Source: Octopus sinensis (taxonomy: Eukaryota). From it: a stretch of 64,000 nucleotides of DNA. The position numbers and the translations under genes were made by a program. Below, piece by piece: positions 14,251 through 27,772 of the stretch. Under the pieces are notes generated by a model. The model was not told where the DNA came from. It searched no databases and was given only the letters and a program-made list of their open reading frames with translations. Location: NCBI RefSeq assembly GCF_006345805.1, contig NC_043005.1, positions 8,866,001-8,930,000 on the forward strand, in the 5' to 3' direction. Within the stretch, counting starts at the first letter, position 1. Each line of letters begins with the position of its first letter.

Positions 14251-14431
14251 CTATATATATATATATATATACACACACATATATATATACATATATATGT
14301 TTGTAGATATATACAAGAATATGTATGTGTGTATGTATATATGTATATATATGTATATATATACAAACATATATATATATATATATAGATATATATATAT
14401 ATATACATGAATATGTGTGTATGTACGTATT

Positions 14432-14462
<31 letters not shown>

Positions 14463-14514
14463 GTATATATATATATAAATCCGTACATACACACATATTC
14501 ATGTATATATATAT

Positions 14515-14546
<32 letters not shown>

Positions 14547-14945
14547 CAGAACCAGAGAGAAAGAGAGAGGATGAGGAGGATACAAAGGAAGTAAGAGGGG
14601 TGCATTACAGTGGGGGAAGAAAGCGTCAGGGAGCAGAAACAATTGCCAATTCATTAGGCATAATTGTAATCAATTATGGAATAATTTTGAATAAGAATGA
14701 AACATCTCGAAAAGGATTAATATTTTCTGAATTTCGTTTTCCCTGAATTCATGGTATGGTGTGGTCGACAATTTGTCTTTTACAAAACGTAATAAGATAC
14801 TCAATTACGCAGATGTATGTATCGATATGTGTAAGCGTACACGCAGATGATTTTGTAGACATACACAAAAGCACATAACTAATTGTGTATGTACACACGC
14901 ACACACACACAACCCCCCCCCCCACACACACACACACATATGTAA

Positions 14946-15100
14946 GGCGCAGGTGTGGCTGTGTGGTAAAGACTTTGCTTTCCAGCCACATGGCTCCCGG
15001 TTCAGTTCCGCTGCGTAGCATCTTGGTGAAGTGTCTTGTATCATAGCATCAGACTGATCAAAAAGCATCGTGAGTGGATTTGATGGACAGAAAGTGAAAG
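14946..15100 (+). mobile_element. SINE family B 5' half, diverged
   Basis: ggcgcaggtgtggctgtgtggtaaag head. Confidence 0.8.
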
Positions 15101-15867
15101 AAAGCTGAGAGAAGCAAGAACTGCGAGGGATTATTTGTGTGCATGTGTATAATACATGTATGAGTGCGTGGATGTGAGTGCGTGTGTGTGTGCGCGCAAA
15201 TATGAGTGCATTAGTGCCTACTGTATACCCATCATCGATAAAGACTCCGTGTATTCATCTAGTACCCGCAATTGACTGCTCTGCCTTCCCAAAAATCTAC
15301 ACATTCTCCGCCAACCTGTAGGGTCTCTAAACAGTAAATAAGTGTTGTTACTGCAAAAGTGCTAGGCGCCCTCCACCGGGCAATCGACAACCCAGATATA
15401 TACAACTTTAACATTGGATGTTTCTCAACACGGGTTGCCTTACAACCAAGAACAGGGTTCATCAACCGTAGGCCGACCCCTCAATCTTATGCATGTCCTG
15501 TAACGCACTGCATTCACCTCCATAAAAGTGATGTGCTCCCGCAAATGCACACACACATGCACGTATCTATTTTCAAAAACATCTCTACACACATATGCAC
15601 ACATACGCACGCTCGCATACATTGATATTCGTATGTTTTTTCCTGTCTTACCTCTCCAACGTTACCACCAAGCCTCAGTCCAGCTTATTCCGTCCTCCCT
15701 CCACCAACAATGCACTTTCAGCTACACTAGCGTGCATACTGACGCGCACAGACCCATACATGCATACTAGATGTTAGTGCACACGAATACAACGGGCACT
15801 AACGCATACAACTAATAACATACGCACATCCATACACGCATATATCTGGTATCCACAAAGACAAACA

Positions 15868-16095
15868 TTCTTATTTCTTTATTGCCCACAACGGGCCTAA
15901 ACATAGAGAGGACAAACAAGGACAGACAAAGGGATTAAGTAGATTACATCGACCCCAGTGCGTAACTGGTACTTAACTTATCGACCCCGAAAGGATGAAA
16001 GGCAAAGTCGACCTCGGCGGAATTTGAACTCTGAACGTAACGGCAGGCTAAATTCCTATTTCTTTACGTTTTAACGTTTCTGCCAGCTCACCACC
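15868..16095 (-). mobile_element. SINE family C
   Basis: Reverse complement of ggcggcgagctggcagaaacgtt...gagttcaaattccgccgagg family. Confidence 0.85.
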
Positions 16096-16452
16096 TTTTA
16101 CACATTCATGCCGGTTTTGCTTCTGTCCACGTCCATGATCCTACAAAGATCCGCCTGACAATAAGTTGCCACCACCTTCCTCTCCATATATACAGTCCAA
16201 GAAACTCTCTTTCTAATGCATCGGCGTGTCACCGGAAGTGCCGATCTCACTTCTAAAATCAGCATGTGATCCGCCTTGGCTAACAGCACCCCACTTTACA
16301 GTAGCCATGTTGGATTCCTGTAATTTTCCTTTCGGTAGCCTGAACGTGAACTAGCCTGGTTTCTGTGAGAAGCCTGCGAAATTTTTATTCGCATGGAGCC
16401 GAATCAAATTGTCTTAAATAATAAAGTTGTCAATTGTTGAACACGACTGATA

Positions 16453-16458
16453 CTACTG

Positions 16459-16538
<80 letters not shown>

Positions 16539-16539
16539 G

Positions 16540-16597
<58 letters not shown>

Positions 16598-16598
16598 A
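16453..16598. repeat. (CTA)n microsatellite
   Basis: Seen directly. Confidence 0.95.
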
Positions 16599-16709
16599 TA
16601 AGCCTGATGACTGCGTAACGTATAAAAGTACTGGATTTATAAAAATACATAGTGTTCTATTATCATAAATACTAAAATGTGAAAATCCGACTAGGCTGGA
16701 ATTTCATTG

Positions 16710-16753
<44 letters not shown>

Positions 16754-16759
<6 letters not shown>

Positions 16760-17596
16760 TGCAATGGGTAAATTGTCGCCATTTTATAGTTTTACTTTTG
16801 CACATGCGCATTATTATTTTTTTATTTTGTCGACTAATCAGTATAGTAAAGCCAGCAAGGCACCATGTGTGAGGAAAACAGCACCATGACACAATTCACT
16901 CTGTTGACAAATTTCGAAACGACATGTTTTAATGTTCGGCATTCTCACCGGCAGCTTCAATACGAATATTTCAGAATCTTTGAGTGTGATTCTGAGGACA
17001 GTGCAATCTGAGGGCATGTACCTAGAGTGATAAAATCAAACATCCAGTCAACATCATGGTGTTTGGAGTGATCACTAGTGATAGTGAGTTTATGACTCCG
17101 TTCATCTTCCCACACGGCCTCAGACTCAACACGGAGGCCTACATCAAGTGCTTCGAGGGGGTTCTGTCACCCTGGATGAAGAAGGTAGCAGCTGGAAGAT
17201 TCTATGTCTGAGAACAGGGCTCTGCACTATGCCACAGAAGCAAGAGAAACCATTCATGGACGTCAGACAATTTCTCCGACCACACTACCCCTAACGTCTG
17301 GCCACCTAACTCCCCAGACTACAACCCCCTTGATCATTACTTGTGGGACGCAGTTGAGCTAGGGTCCAACACAACTCTTTGTAATACTAAAAATGAACTG
17401 AAGGCAAGGATTATAGCAGCATTCACCAACTTAATCAAAGGGAACGTCCAGAAGAGCTGCAGGAGATTCCGAAGTCATCTTTAGCATTTCAAGATATTTT
17501 TATGCAATTTTGGTAAATATATCTGTTAAAATGAGATGTCAGTGATATTTTCCTTTTTGCATAATTTAGACGACAGATTATTCACCGCACCTTGTG
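16754..17596 (+). mobile_element. Tc1/mariner maT-type (DD37D) transposon remnant
   Basis: Frame from 17041: HPVNIMVFGVITSD...EQGSALCH...WPPNSPDYNPLDHYLW, with 37 residues between the second catalytic position (mutated to G) and the third D; one stop codon; degenerate TIRs. Confidence 0.85.
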
Positions 17597-17603
17597 TGCG
17601 TGT

Positions 17604-17675
<72 letters not shown>

Positions 17676-17762
17676 TATTCGAGACAAAACCACTATTTTG
17701 CAAAACAAACAAGGAAAGACTTAATCAATACATAAAATTTTAATAAATAGTCAAAAAAACCG

Positions 17763-17805
17763 CCACTACAATCGTTTCTTGTCTTGATCGACAATCTTCA
17801 GGTGG
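17763..17805 (-). ncRNA. Minimal type I hammerhead ribozyme (mirror copy)
   Basis: Reverse complement of 17858-17900. Confidence 0.75.
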
Positions 17806-17857
17806 ACTTCTAATAATTCAGTGTCAAATTATAATTTGACACTGAATTATTAGAAGT

Positions 17858-17900
17858 CCACCTGAAGATTGTCGATCAAGACAAGAAACGATTGTAGTGG
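17858..17900 (+). ncRNA. Minimal type I hammerhead ribozyme
   Basis: CCAC-CUGAAGA-UUGUC gaucaa GACAA-GAAA-C gauu GU-A-GUGG: intact core, stem I 4 bp, stem II 5 bp, GUA site. Confidence 0.78.
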
Positions 17901-18071
17901 CGGTTTTTGACTATTTATAAAATTTTATGTATTGATTAAGTTTCCTTGTTTGTTTTGCAAAATAGTGGTTTTGTCTCGAATAATATTTTATAATATTTTA
18001 CTATAAAATCGATTAATCCTAAATCTGATTTTTTCCCTGTAAATTTGGATTTATTCCCTAATATTTATTAT

Positions 18072-18108
<37 letters not shown>

Positions 18109-18366
18109 TTACGTGTGTGTATTGCATTTGTGTAAAAGAAATGACTGTGTCTTCGGTATCCAACATAAAAATAATCACAGTCAAACAAATAAACAAGTTT
18201 TTTCATTCAAGGCTACGATATAATTACTCATATTTATGGTAAGGTAGTTTGCTCCTCGTTAATTCTTTTAAAATTACATGATGTTGACCTTTTGTAGGAC
18301 GTTAACATTCTGTATAATAACCGTCTCTCTCAGCTGCTTTTCTATCTGGAGGCTATAGTAGTTTGT

Positions 18367-18747
18367 GGAGGCGCAATGGCCCAGTGGTTTGGGCAGCGGA
18401 CTCACGGTCATAGGATCGCGGTTTCGATTCCCAGACCAGGCGTTGTGAGTGTTTATTGAGCGAAAATACCTAAAGCTCCACGACGCTCCGGCAGGGGATG
18501 GTGCTGATCCCTGCTGTACTCTTTCACCACAACTTTCTCTCACTCTTACTTCCTGTTTCTGTGTGTACCTGTATTTCAAAGGGCCGGCTTGTCACTCTCT
18601 GTGTCACGCTGATATCCCCGAGAACTACGTTAAGAGTACACGTGTCTGTGGAGTGCTCAGCCACTTACACGTTAATTTCACGAGCAGGCTGTTCCGTTGA
18701 TTCGGATCAACCGGAACCCTCGTCGTCGTAACCGACGGAGTGCTTCC
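18367..18747 (+). mobile_element. SINE family A
   Basis: Full length, tRNA-like A/B boxes. Confidence 0.9.
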
Positions 18748-19998
18748 ATCCATAGTAGGATATATGTTGGATTAAATACACTAAATTCTTTATCATTGTA
18801 TTTCGCTTCATGGATGGATTATTGTCGAAATCCTTCGTGCCATTCCTGATGTTAGCGAACTTATATTTACTGAAACGTTTTATTTCATACTGTACTGGTT
18901 TAAAATAGGTACATTTATATTGCTTTCAGTAGAGAATTCTCTCTCTCTCTCTGTCTCTGTCTGTCTGTCTCTCTCTTCACGGTCTCGAGTTCATGCTTTA
19001 AGGTTATTAATTTCCTGTTTGCGTGTACGATCTCCGTAAATATTACCTAGATATTTTCATAACATGTAACATGTGTGTGGCAATATTATTGTACACCTTA
19101 TACCTAATGTGTTGTTGTGCAAAAGTACGATTCAGCGGCGCAGGTTATAGATATATTCCACTACTTTTGTTACCTTGCAGGGTGGCATACATAGGGATAT
19201 TCGATTAACGCATGCATTGCAAGTATCTCAGTGTGTTATTTTTGGAGTAATGACAACTGTAAGCACAGAAGCAATGAGAGTCCAATACGTACTTTCCTAT
19301 ACTTCAGAATTTATTACAGCGGTACTGTTGCTAACTTTACATTGGAATGTTTGCTTTTGTAACTATTCTATACATTCGTACTCGAACAAGTAAAAATCAC
19401 AAATGCTAAAATTCGTAAAAAGACGCATAGATACCCGCGTTTTAATTTTTAAAGAAGAAAGTATACAGAGATGATATTTATTTTAGCTTAGGGATAATTG
19501 TATATCTTCACTCTGTGTAGTTCGAGAAAGCCGCAGATCTATATATCTATCTATCTATTTATCTATTATTGTGTGTTATCCCTTATGGGGGAGGGGCAAT
19601 TAAATCTAATCTTCCTTTCCAGATTCGGGAAGCTACTATTAGAATTTTCCGAAGAATTCCAGGTATTACTCGATTATAAAATCGTACACGGTTAGAATTT
19701 GTTCTTCTAATACAAAAAATGTTTCACAAATTATCTCCTCACATAATATTAGTCTGTTAAATAAAAATCCAATTACTAATGCTAATATTAATTTAGCTAA
19801 TACTAACCATCCCCTTAGAAATATTAATAACAGTGTTATTGTCTCTGAAATCAGTTCCAACAGAATCAAGCTTATATCTAGTAATTCTAAAATTAAACAC
19901 TCTATATACCAGTGTAAAATTACTTCAGGTACCGATATCTTTTTATATAGGTAGTTCTTCTCATTTATGTGAAAGAATTTCTAATCATGACATACACA

Positions 19999-20052
<54 letters not shown>

Positions 20053-21320
20053 TATGTATGTATGTATTCGTATGCATATATCTAGAACATACGTACATTG
20101 CACAAAATATTGAAAGTAAGTTTATATGTCTGTAATTTTGTTGCAAATGTGTAAGCAATAGCATATTCTTGATCCAGAAGGTTTATGATCCAGCTCTGTA
20201 TAGACTACTTTTATTTTAAACCTAGTATACCAAAGACTACTGTATATATTGTAATATGAGAGTATGATTGTAGTATATTTTCACTCTCTAGCATGTTGGT
20301 GCACGAAATTAATGTGTGTGTGTGTCTACATTTACCAGTTGGTACGAGTGTATTTGTATGCGAGCGAGTAAATGCGAGCTTTAGTGCGTATGTGTGTATG
20401 TGGGGGGGGGGGATAGCATATGTGTGTATTTATCGATATCCAACTTTAGTTACCAAGTAGACACACTTTATATAATGAGAGAAAAATGCGTAAGAATTTT
20501 CTTTTTCTGGATAGTCGATTAGAAACTGACAGTTCATCGTATCAATAAAACGTTGATGACATTTCAAATTACCACTTTCTTTCCTATTTTCAAAATACCA
20601 TCTCAAAGATTCAATGACGGAAATCAGAATGATGCATATGTTGGAGCCTTATAATAACACTACATCGTTTGGTATTGTTGACATTTCCTATTTGGAATTA
20701 GCGATGTTTGTGCCATCTTCAAATAGATCTAAATGCAGTAAGATTATGCTATGTGTTAATATAGATGTCTTTCTAAAGTTTCTTGTGACTGCGTAAACTG
20801 GGCAACAGGTCGATTGACCGATATCTTGTGTTTCGATGACCCATATATAGATCATTCATGGATCGGATATTCTCGATTATGCTTGTGTTGAAACTTATTT
20901 TCTTTACGTTACCGAATTTGCAGAACTAAGTTTCAATCATATAATCTATAGTGAGACATGTAATTTCAACATTTGTACGTCAGTTTGTGTTCTTCACTCT
21001 TACTTCCTCTTTTTTCTGATATTTTACTATTTTGTATACGCGAATACTCTTAAATCTATGCATTGAAATCCCTATGACCACGTGCATGCGCACGCAGACA
21101 CTTATAGGCAATGAAGTCGGGGAATTACTTCTACGGACTATCTTCAACAGCGATGTTCTCTTATGGCTGTTTATTCCCCAAGTGAGGAAGATATTAAACT
21201 GCATCCAATGATGGATCTGTATTTCTAGATTTCTGCTTTAGTGAGTTACCCGTTACTCATCCTACTCCCAGATACTTTCTGACATCGTATGATAGTTCCT
21301 ATTCACTGCCCCTCTTACAG

Positions 21321-21386
21321 GTCCATTAGCAGAAGATTATCCTGTAACTAAGATATATGACTCGGTGGAGTACTGGGCCAATGCAG
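21321..21386 (+). other. Possible 66-nt phase-1 coding exon (GPLAEDYPVTKIYDSVEYWANAG)
   Basis: Acceptor ctgcccctcttacag, donor gtatta, open frame, non-repetitive; no homology recognised. Confidence 0.2.
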
Positions 21387-21986
21387 GTATTACACAAGTT
21401 TATCGGTTTGTGAACAAGCCTGATCAACTGTGAAGTAGGTCCTGTGTCTGAAATGAAAGCTCGGGAAAAACAAGAGACTAGCTAAGTACATTGTAGCAGA
21501 ATGGCAAAAGGAAGCATCTCCCGTAAGAAAAACCACACGTCTTCAAAACTGGTCGTTAAAATACTTTGCCAGCTCTTATAAAACAGGTATGTCATATAAA
21601 CAAGAGAAATATTTCACCCTAAAACCCTTTCGACAGTGCTTCTAAGCAGTGTTAATATTTTATAGTTTAAAATATATATGAATTTTCATATGACTAGCGC
21701 TTCATAGTTATTATAACTATACGTGCGTAAATGAGTAATTCTAAAGTCGTTGTCTGCTCTTTTCTATAAGCTGACCGAAGAATGAGAATCTAGACCTATC
21801 TAAGCGGGTTTCGAAATTGGAATATGAAAGGACATATCTCTGCTGATTCGATCAATCCACGGGTGTTTGAACGATTCAATTGTGACATGCGCACGAAGGC
21901 AACAAATTTGTGGTGACATCTATATACTAAATCATTATATGTATGTATATAATATATATATACATATATATATATATGTATGTATG

Positions 21987-22028
<42 letters not shown>

Positions 22029-22091
22029 TATATATATATACATACATATATATATATATGTATGTATATTATATATATATATATGTATATA

Positions 22092-22132
<41 letters not shown>

Positions 22133-22133
<1 letters not shown>

Positions 22134-22480
22134 GAGGCGCATGGCTCAGTGGTTAGAGCGTCGAGCTTACGATCGTGAGGTTGTGAGTTCGAATCCCGGA
22201 CCGGGCTGCGTGTTGTGTTCTTGAGCAAAACACTTTATTTCACGTTGCTCCAGTTCACTCAGCTGTAGAAATGAGTTGCGACGTCACAAGTGCCAAGCTG
22301 TATCGACCTTTGTCTTTCCCTTGGATAACACTGGTGGCGTGGAGAGGGGAGGCCGGTATGCATGGGCGACTGCTGGTCTTCCATAAAAACAACCTTGCCC
22401 AGACTTGTGCCTCAGAGGGTAACTCTCTAGGTGCAAACCCATGGTCACACATGACCGAAGGGGGTCTTTACCCTTTTATA
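22133..22480 (+). mobile_element. tRNA-derived SINE family D
   Basis: A box TGGCTCAGTGG, B box GTTCGAATCCC, then a CORE-like central stretch. Confidence 0.85.
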
Positions 22481-22532
22481 TATATATGTATGTATGTATG
22501 TATGTATGCATGTATGTATGTATGTATGTATG

Positions 22533-22581
<49 letters not shown>

Positions 22582-23197
22582 ACCGTAAATCCTCGAGTAT
22601 AATCCGCATTTTCCCCCTAAAATTTAAAGGTCGAAATCCCTAGTGCGTACTATATACGAGGTTAAAAATGAAAATTATTTTCTAAGCAATGTCCGAGTCT
22701 CTATATGTTGTCCGGTAATGTTTATTGAGACGCACTTTGTCATGTCGGGCGCGAAAATACCTTAAGCTAAGCCTGAAAGCAATGAAGTCATAAAAGAATC
22801 ATCCATAACTTGCAGTAAGCAACATTTATTGAAATAAAAGTATTCAGAACACAGAATAACATGTAACGAAAACAATTTGCAAACATATTTACATTCCCAT
22901 ATAACAGTTAAGAACATAACCATTATTGTATTACGCATGCGCGGAAGTGTTTGTTCGACTAGGTGCTGCTGGCTTAATTACGCACGAATTGTGCTTAAAA
23001 GTTTAGCGCTAAATAGTTCATCCTGCTGTTTGTATTGGTAGTTTGCATCATTACTGTGGCAGACAATAGATACTTACTTAAACACCAGTATTAAATGTTT
23101 GAACTAATGTGGGTCTTTACTAATGTTTTTTTATAAGCGGGTCTTAAACATGTACATTAATCTCCAATAAACAGTTTATACATTACATACCGATAAA

Positions 23198-23503
23198 ATG
23201 CCTCGTAGATCTTATTCAGCTATGTTTAAACTTGAAGTTATATCACATGCTGAAGAGCATGGTAATAGGGCCGCCGGAAGAAAATTTGCTGTTGACGAAA
23301 GCAATGAGAGGTTATGGAGAAGAAATAAAGATGAAATTAAACAGATGTCAAAGATAATGAAGGCAAGAAGCGGGGCAAAAGCCAAACATCCTGAGCTTGA
23401 AAAAATTTTGCTTGAATGGGTAGAGGAAAGAAGACTTGATGGAATAGCCATTAATACCTTACATTTGGGGCTACAGGCAAGACCCATTTTATTAATTAGA
23501 TAA
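23198..23503 (+). pseudogene. pogo transposase N-terminus (Brinker-type HTH plus CENP-B/Tc5 HTH)
   Basis: RRSYSAMFKLEVISHAEEHGNRAAGRKFAVDESNERLWRR...KAKHPELEKILLEWV. Confidence 0.85.
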
Positions 23504-23569
23504 AACGTAATGAGTCAGAATTTAAAGCATCACGTGGCTGGGCCAGTAAGTTTATGTCAAAGCATAAAG

Positions 23570-23788
23570 TCGTTCAGTAAAGGTGGAAGGGTTCGCGCTC
23601 CCGACCTGACTTTGTTATGCAAATGGGTCGTGTATGCATGGAATGAACTTGATCCCCATATTATAGAGAAAAGTTTTATCAAATGTTGTATATCGTCTGC
23701 ACTGGATGGTATTCAGAATGATGTATGGAAAGATGAAATAAATGAAAGTGAATCTTCTGATGTTGATCATGAATCTGACGATGACTGA
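23570..23788 (+). pseudogene. pogo transposase C-terminus (DDE domain missing)
   Basis: LLCKWVVYAWNELDPHIIEKSFIKCCISSALDG plus acidic tail. Confidence 0.8.
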
Positions 23789-24042
23789 GATTTACACTAC
23801 AATGATGCTGACATGTTGACGGAGGAACAAATGGAACAGTTAGTTGATGCTGGAAGTGACGTTGAATTTGAAGGATTTGAATAAATGTTTTTGCTTTTGT
23901 TTTTGTAACTGATAGGGATAAATAAGTAAAGACAATTTACTTAACATTTTTCACTGATGTTATTACTGTTATTTCTTTATTTTCTGCAAACAAAATGCCC
24001 CAAAAAGCTACACGTTTGCATTATGTTATATATACAATAATA

Positions 24043-24425
24043 GGAGGCGCAATGGCCCAGTGGTCAGGGCAGCGGACTCGCTGTCATAGGATCGCGGTTT
24101 CGATTCTCAGACCGGGCGTTGTGAGTGTTTATTGAGTGAAAACACATAAAAGCCCCACGAGTCTCCGGCAGGGATGGTGGTGATCCCTACTGTACTCTTT
24201 CACCACAACTTTCACTCACTCTTACTTCCTGTTTCTGTTGTACCTGTATTTCAAGGGGCCGGCCTTGTCACTCTCTGTGTCACGCTGAATATCCCCGAGA
24301 ACTACGTTAAGGGTACACGTGTCTGTGGAGTGCTCAGCCACTTACACGTTAATTTAACGAGCAGGCTGTTCCGTTGATTCGGATCAACTGGAACCCTCAT
24401 CGTCGTAACCGACGGAGTGCTTCCA
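24043..24425 (+). mobile_element. SINE family A nested in the pogo element
   Basis: 11-bp TSD ATACAATAATA at 24032-24042 and 24426-24436. Confidence 0.92.
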
Positions 24426-24790
24426 ATACAATAATAATAAAGGACGTTACTGTAAACATTTTTGCAAACCAAAGACGTTATATAGATATCCTTGACTCAA
24501 GTTAGAGAAGGGGTGCGTATTATACACAAGATGTAGGTTTTTCAGAGGTACAGCCTCCTAAACATCCCATGCGTATTATACTCAAGGGCGGACAATACTC
24601 GATTTTTACGGTATATAGGTAGATAGATACATAAATAGATTTACATATATATATACGCACACATATATATTTATATATGTCAGAGTATATATATTCGCTT
24701 ATACATATACGCGTCTTTTGATATTGTTATCAATCTAACTAACCGTATGCATGTGTTTGTGCGTTCATACATACGTATTATGTGGATATG

Positions 24791-24825
<35 letters not shown>

Positions 24826-25407
24826 TATACATATATATCTATTTCTCTATCGTCTATATTTCTATCTGTGCACATCCTGTACACATATATGATACTACAT
24901 TTTTAAAAGTGTCGATCAAATTTAATATTAATTAAGAAAACCCCTCAACACACCCAAAGTGTTTTTTTCGAAATTATACGTCTTCTATTTGCTTTCTAAA
25001 TATCATTAGTACATCCATTCCTCTCTAATGACAATGCTAGGCGCAAAATCTAGGTCAGCTTTCATGTAATATATACTTGTGTATATTCACAGCTAGGTAT
25101 AAACCTACTTCTGGTTATTAATTAACATCAGAAGATCAGTTCAAATCTGATCGTATTATTAATAAAGTGGAAAGGATGAAATGTAAACTTAACCGAATTT
25201 GTATTGTTTGTTAAACGATCTTGTTTTCACTTATAAAGTGTATTTAACTTCAATATCACATTGCTAACACAGACTAATCTTTAGGAATATCTCGCATCCC
25301 TGTGTATTAACTGTATATAACACAAGAAACTGTTTGAATCCTATCCTATATATGAGTACCTGAATGTATTGTATACCCACACACACACATATATATATAC
25401 ACACATT

Positions 25408-25439
<32 letters not shown>

Positions 25440-25447
25440 CACACATT

Positions 25448-25489
<42 letters not shown>

Positions 25490-25512
25490 CACACAAACGC
25501 ACACACAAACAC

Positions 25513-25950
25513 ATATGCCAGTGTTGGCTGAACTTTGTCATGTGATATGCAATAGTATCGACTATTTGATTTATAATGAAGCGCCTGTTATCCAATACCA
25601 GGTAGTTGACACAATCAATGTCTGCGTCGGTAGTGACAGGTGCTGCACGTCCAAATCTTGGGTCATCTTCAAGATACCCCCATCCTCTTCTAAATTCAGC
25701 TGCCTAGTTTTGCACTGTTGATAAAACTGGAGCCTCATTCTCTAATGTACTAACCATGTCAGTATCAATTCTTTTGGGAGAGAAACACTTTTTGTGTAGT
25801 TACTGTATAGCATTACGATGCCAAATTTTATCCATTTTCAGGAGAAGTCGTTGCTAGTTTCTTTTGAAGTTTTCCTTGAACATTCAGATGTCAGCTACCT
25901 GGAAAGAAACACTACAGTTATTAATAAGACGGGTTTAAATTTTAAGCACA
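25513..25950 (-). mobile_element. mariner transposase N-terminal remnant
   Basis: MDKIWHRNAIQ*LHKK...STVQN*AAEFRRG...LEDDPRFGRAA...VLDNRR. Confidence 0.85.
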
Positions 25951-26032
25951 CCTGATTTCATAGCTCCTTCATAGCGTATGAACTTCTTAGTTCACTATTA
26001 TGCATATGTGTGTGTGCGTGTGTATGCATATG

Positions 26033-26071
<39 letters not shown>

Positions 26072-26350
26072 ATGTGTGTGCATAGGATGCCTGTGTGTAT
26101 ATCTGTATGAGTCTATAAAGCGACATATTGCATTGGTATGCAAGACTACTGCAGATCCTAGTATAAGTATTTATATTTCATTCTCTGATAAAATATTCAC
26201 AGATGATACTTAAACTCGTCTCTTAATGACAACAATTGAATATCCCTTGATGCTCTATCATCTAATAGTATAGTTTCTTCCGAATTATAACTTTTATCGT
26301 GTGATATGTGTGGCTAAATCTTCTACTTTTAATTTTGTGATTTTTAACTA

Positions 26351-26594
26351 TTTTACTCCCTTTTACTCTCTTCTACTTGTTTCAGTCATTTGACTGCTGC
26401 CATGCTGTAGCTATGCCTTTAGTCGAGCAAATCGCCCCCAGGAATTATTCTTTGTAAGCCCAGTACTTATTCTATCAGTCTCTTTTACCGAACCGCTAAG
26501 TTATGGGGACGTAAACACACCATCATCGGTTGTCAAGCGATGTTGGGGGGAAAAACACAGACACACAAACATATACACACATACATATATATAT

Positions 26595-26646
<52 letters not shown>

Positions 26647-26825
26647 TATATATATAATATATATATATATAAATACATATATACGACGGGCTTCTTTCAG
26701 TTTCCGTCTACCAAGTCCACTCACAAGGCTTTGGTCGGCCCGAGGCTATAGTAGAAGACACTTGCCCAAGGTGCCACGCAGTGAGATTGAAACCAAGCTA
26801 CTTACCACACAGCCACTCCTACGCC
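26351..26825 (-). mobile_element. SINE family B
   Basis: Full length, reverse strand. Confidence 0.9.
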
Positions 26826-27579
26826 TATATTATGTCAAATAAAATAATGTAATTAAATGAATATTGAAATAAACTGTTGGAATTTGATCTGGAGATTATG
26901 ATCACTTGATTTAGCTTAAGAATATTTCTAATAATAAAAAAAGATCCTTTTTATAATGCAGCTGGATATTATTTTATCTACATTTGGGGGGCAATGGAAA
27001 GACTAAATGGGCAGAATGCCACATTTATTTCTAACCCTTTAAGATAGAATTGTACAGAGATGAATTTTTCTTTGATGCAGCTGGGATTGATAATCTAACA
27101 GGAAGCAATTATAAACTCAAATCATTTCAATTGCTTGTACTCCCATATACATTTATCAAATTACAAGAAATTATTTTATCACACTGTGAAGGGAAAACTA
27201 TATCGATCTGGAATATAATTTATCTTCCTACGAAATTATGTAAGGGAACGTGTAGTGACAAAAGTACTGGACCCCTGGTCGAGGAATTAAACACCATCTA
27301 TAATAGTAGATTCGCTGTAACAATTCTCACTATATTTATGACCTTGTACTAAGCTAGAAAGGTATCACATATGTACAGAAGGTTTGAATTTTCATAACAT
27401 AGCTACCTTCAGTGTATACCCTCTCAGTTATATTTATAGAAAATTTTGAATATAGTTTTTCCTCTTATTTATCTTTAACCCCAGGTCGCGCTCGATCGAC
27501 CATTTTAAACGGTATAATAAAAGCAAAAACGCTCAAACTTCTTATATTACATATTGTCTTATATCTCCACCTTCTCGGC

Positions 27580-27772
27580 TACAACTACAACTACTACTAC
27601 TACTACTACTACTATACTACTACTACTACCACCACCAAACCACACCACCACCACCACCACCACCACCAAACCATCACAACCACCACCACAACCACCACCA
27701 CCACCACCACCACCGCAACCACCACCACCACCACCACCGCCACTACTACTATTACTACTATTACTACTACTG
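27580..27772. repeat. (CTA)/(CCA) compound trinucleotide repeat
   Basis: Seen directly. Confidence 0.9.

Larger units (their letters stand above)
17660..17995. repeat. ~335-bp zero-spacer palindrome (inverted PLE-pLTR-like pair)
   Basis: Arms are near-exact reverse complements around aaattat|aattt centre 17831/17832; (TA)n on the left. Confidence 0.95.
22583..24611 (+). mobile_element. pogo-superfamily DNA transposon, internally deleted
   Basis: TIRs ccgtaaatcctcgagtataatccgc / reverse complement ccgtaaaaatcgagtattgtccgc, flanked by TA (22581-2, 24612-3). Confidence 0.88.

Noticed and set aside
13944-14746. IYIY-type ORFs here and throughout the window
   Set aside because: (TA)/(CA) microsatellite translations
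16600-16640. CTGATGA-CTGCGTAACGTA-TAAAAGTAC hammerhead-like motif
   Set aside because: No GAAA, poor stem I and G at the cleavage position; at most a decayed relic
19174-19256. Minus-strand exon with good splice signals
   Set aside because: Stops in all three frames; unsupported as coding
22133-22210. tRNA gene
   Set aside because: A and B boxes are present but run into a SINE body; no complete cloverleaf or terminator
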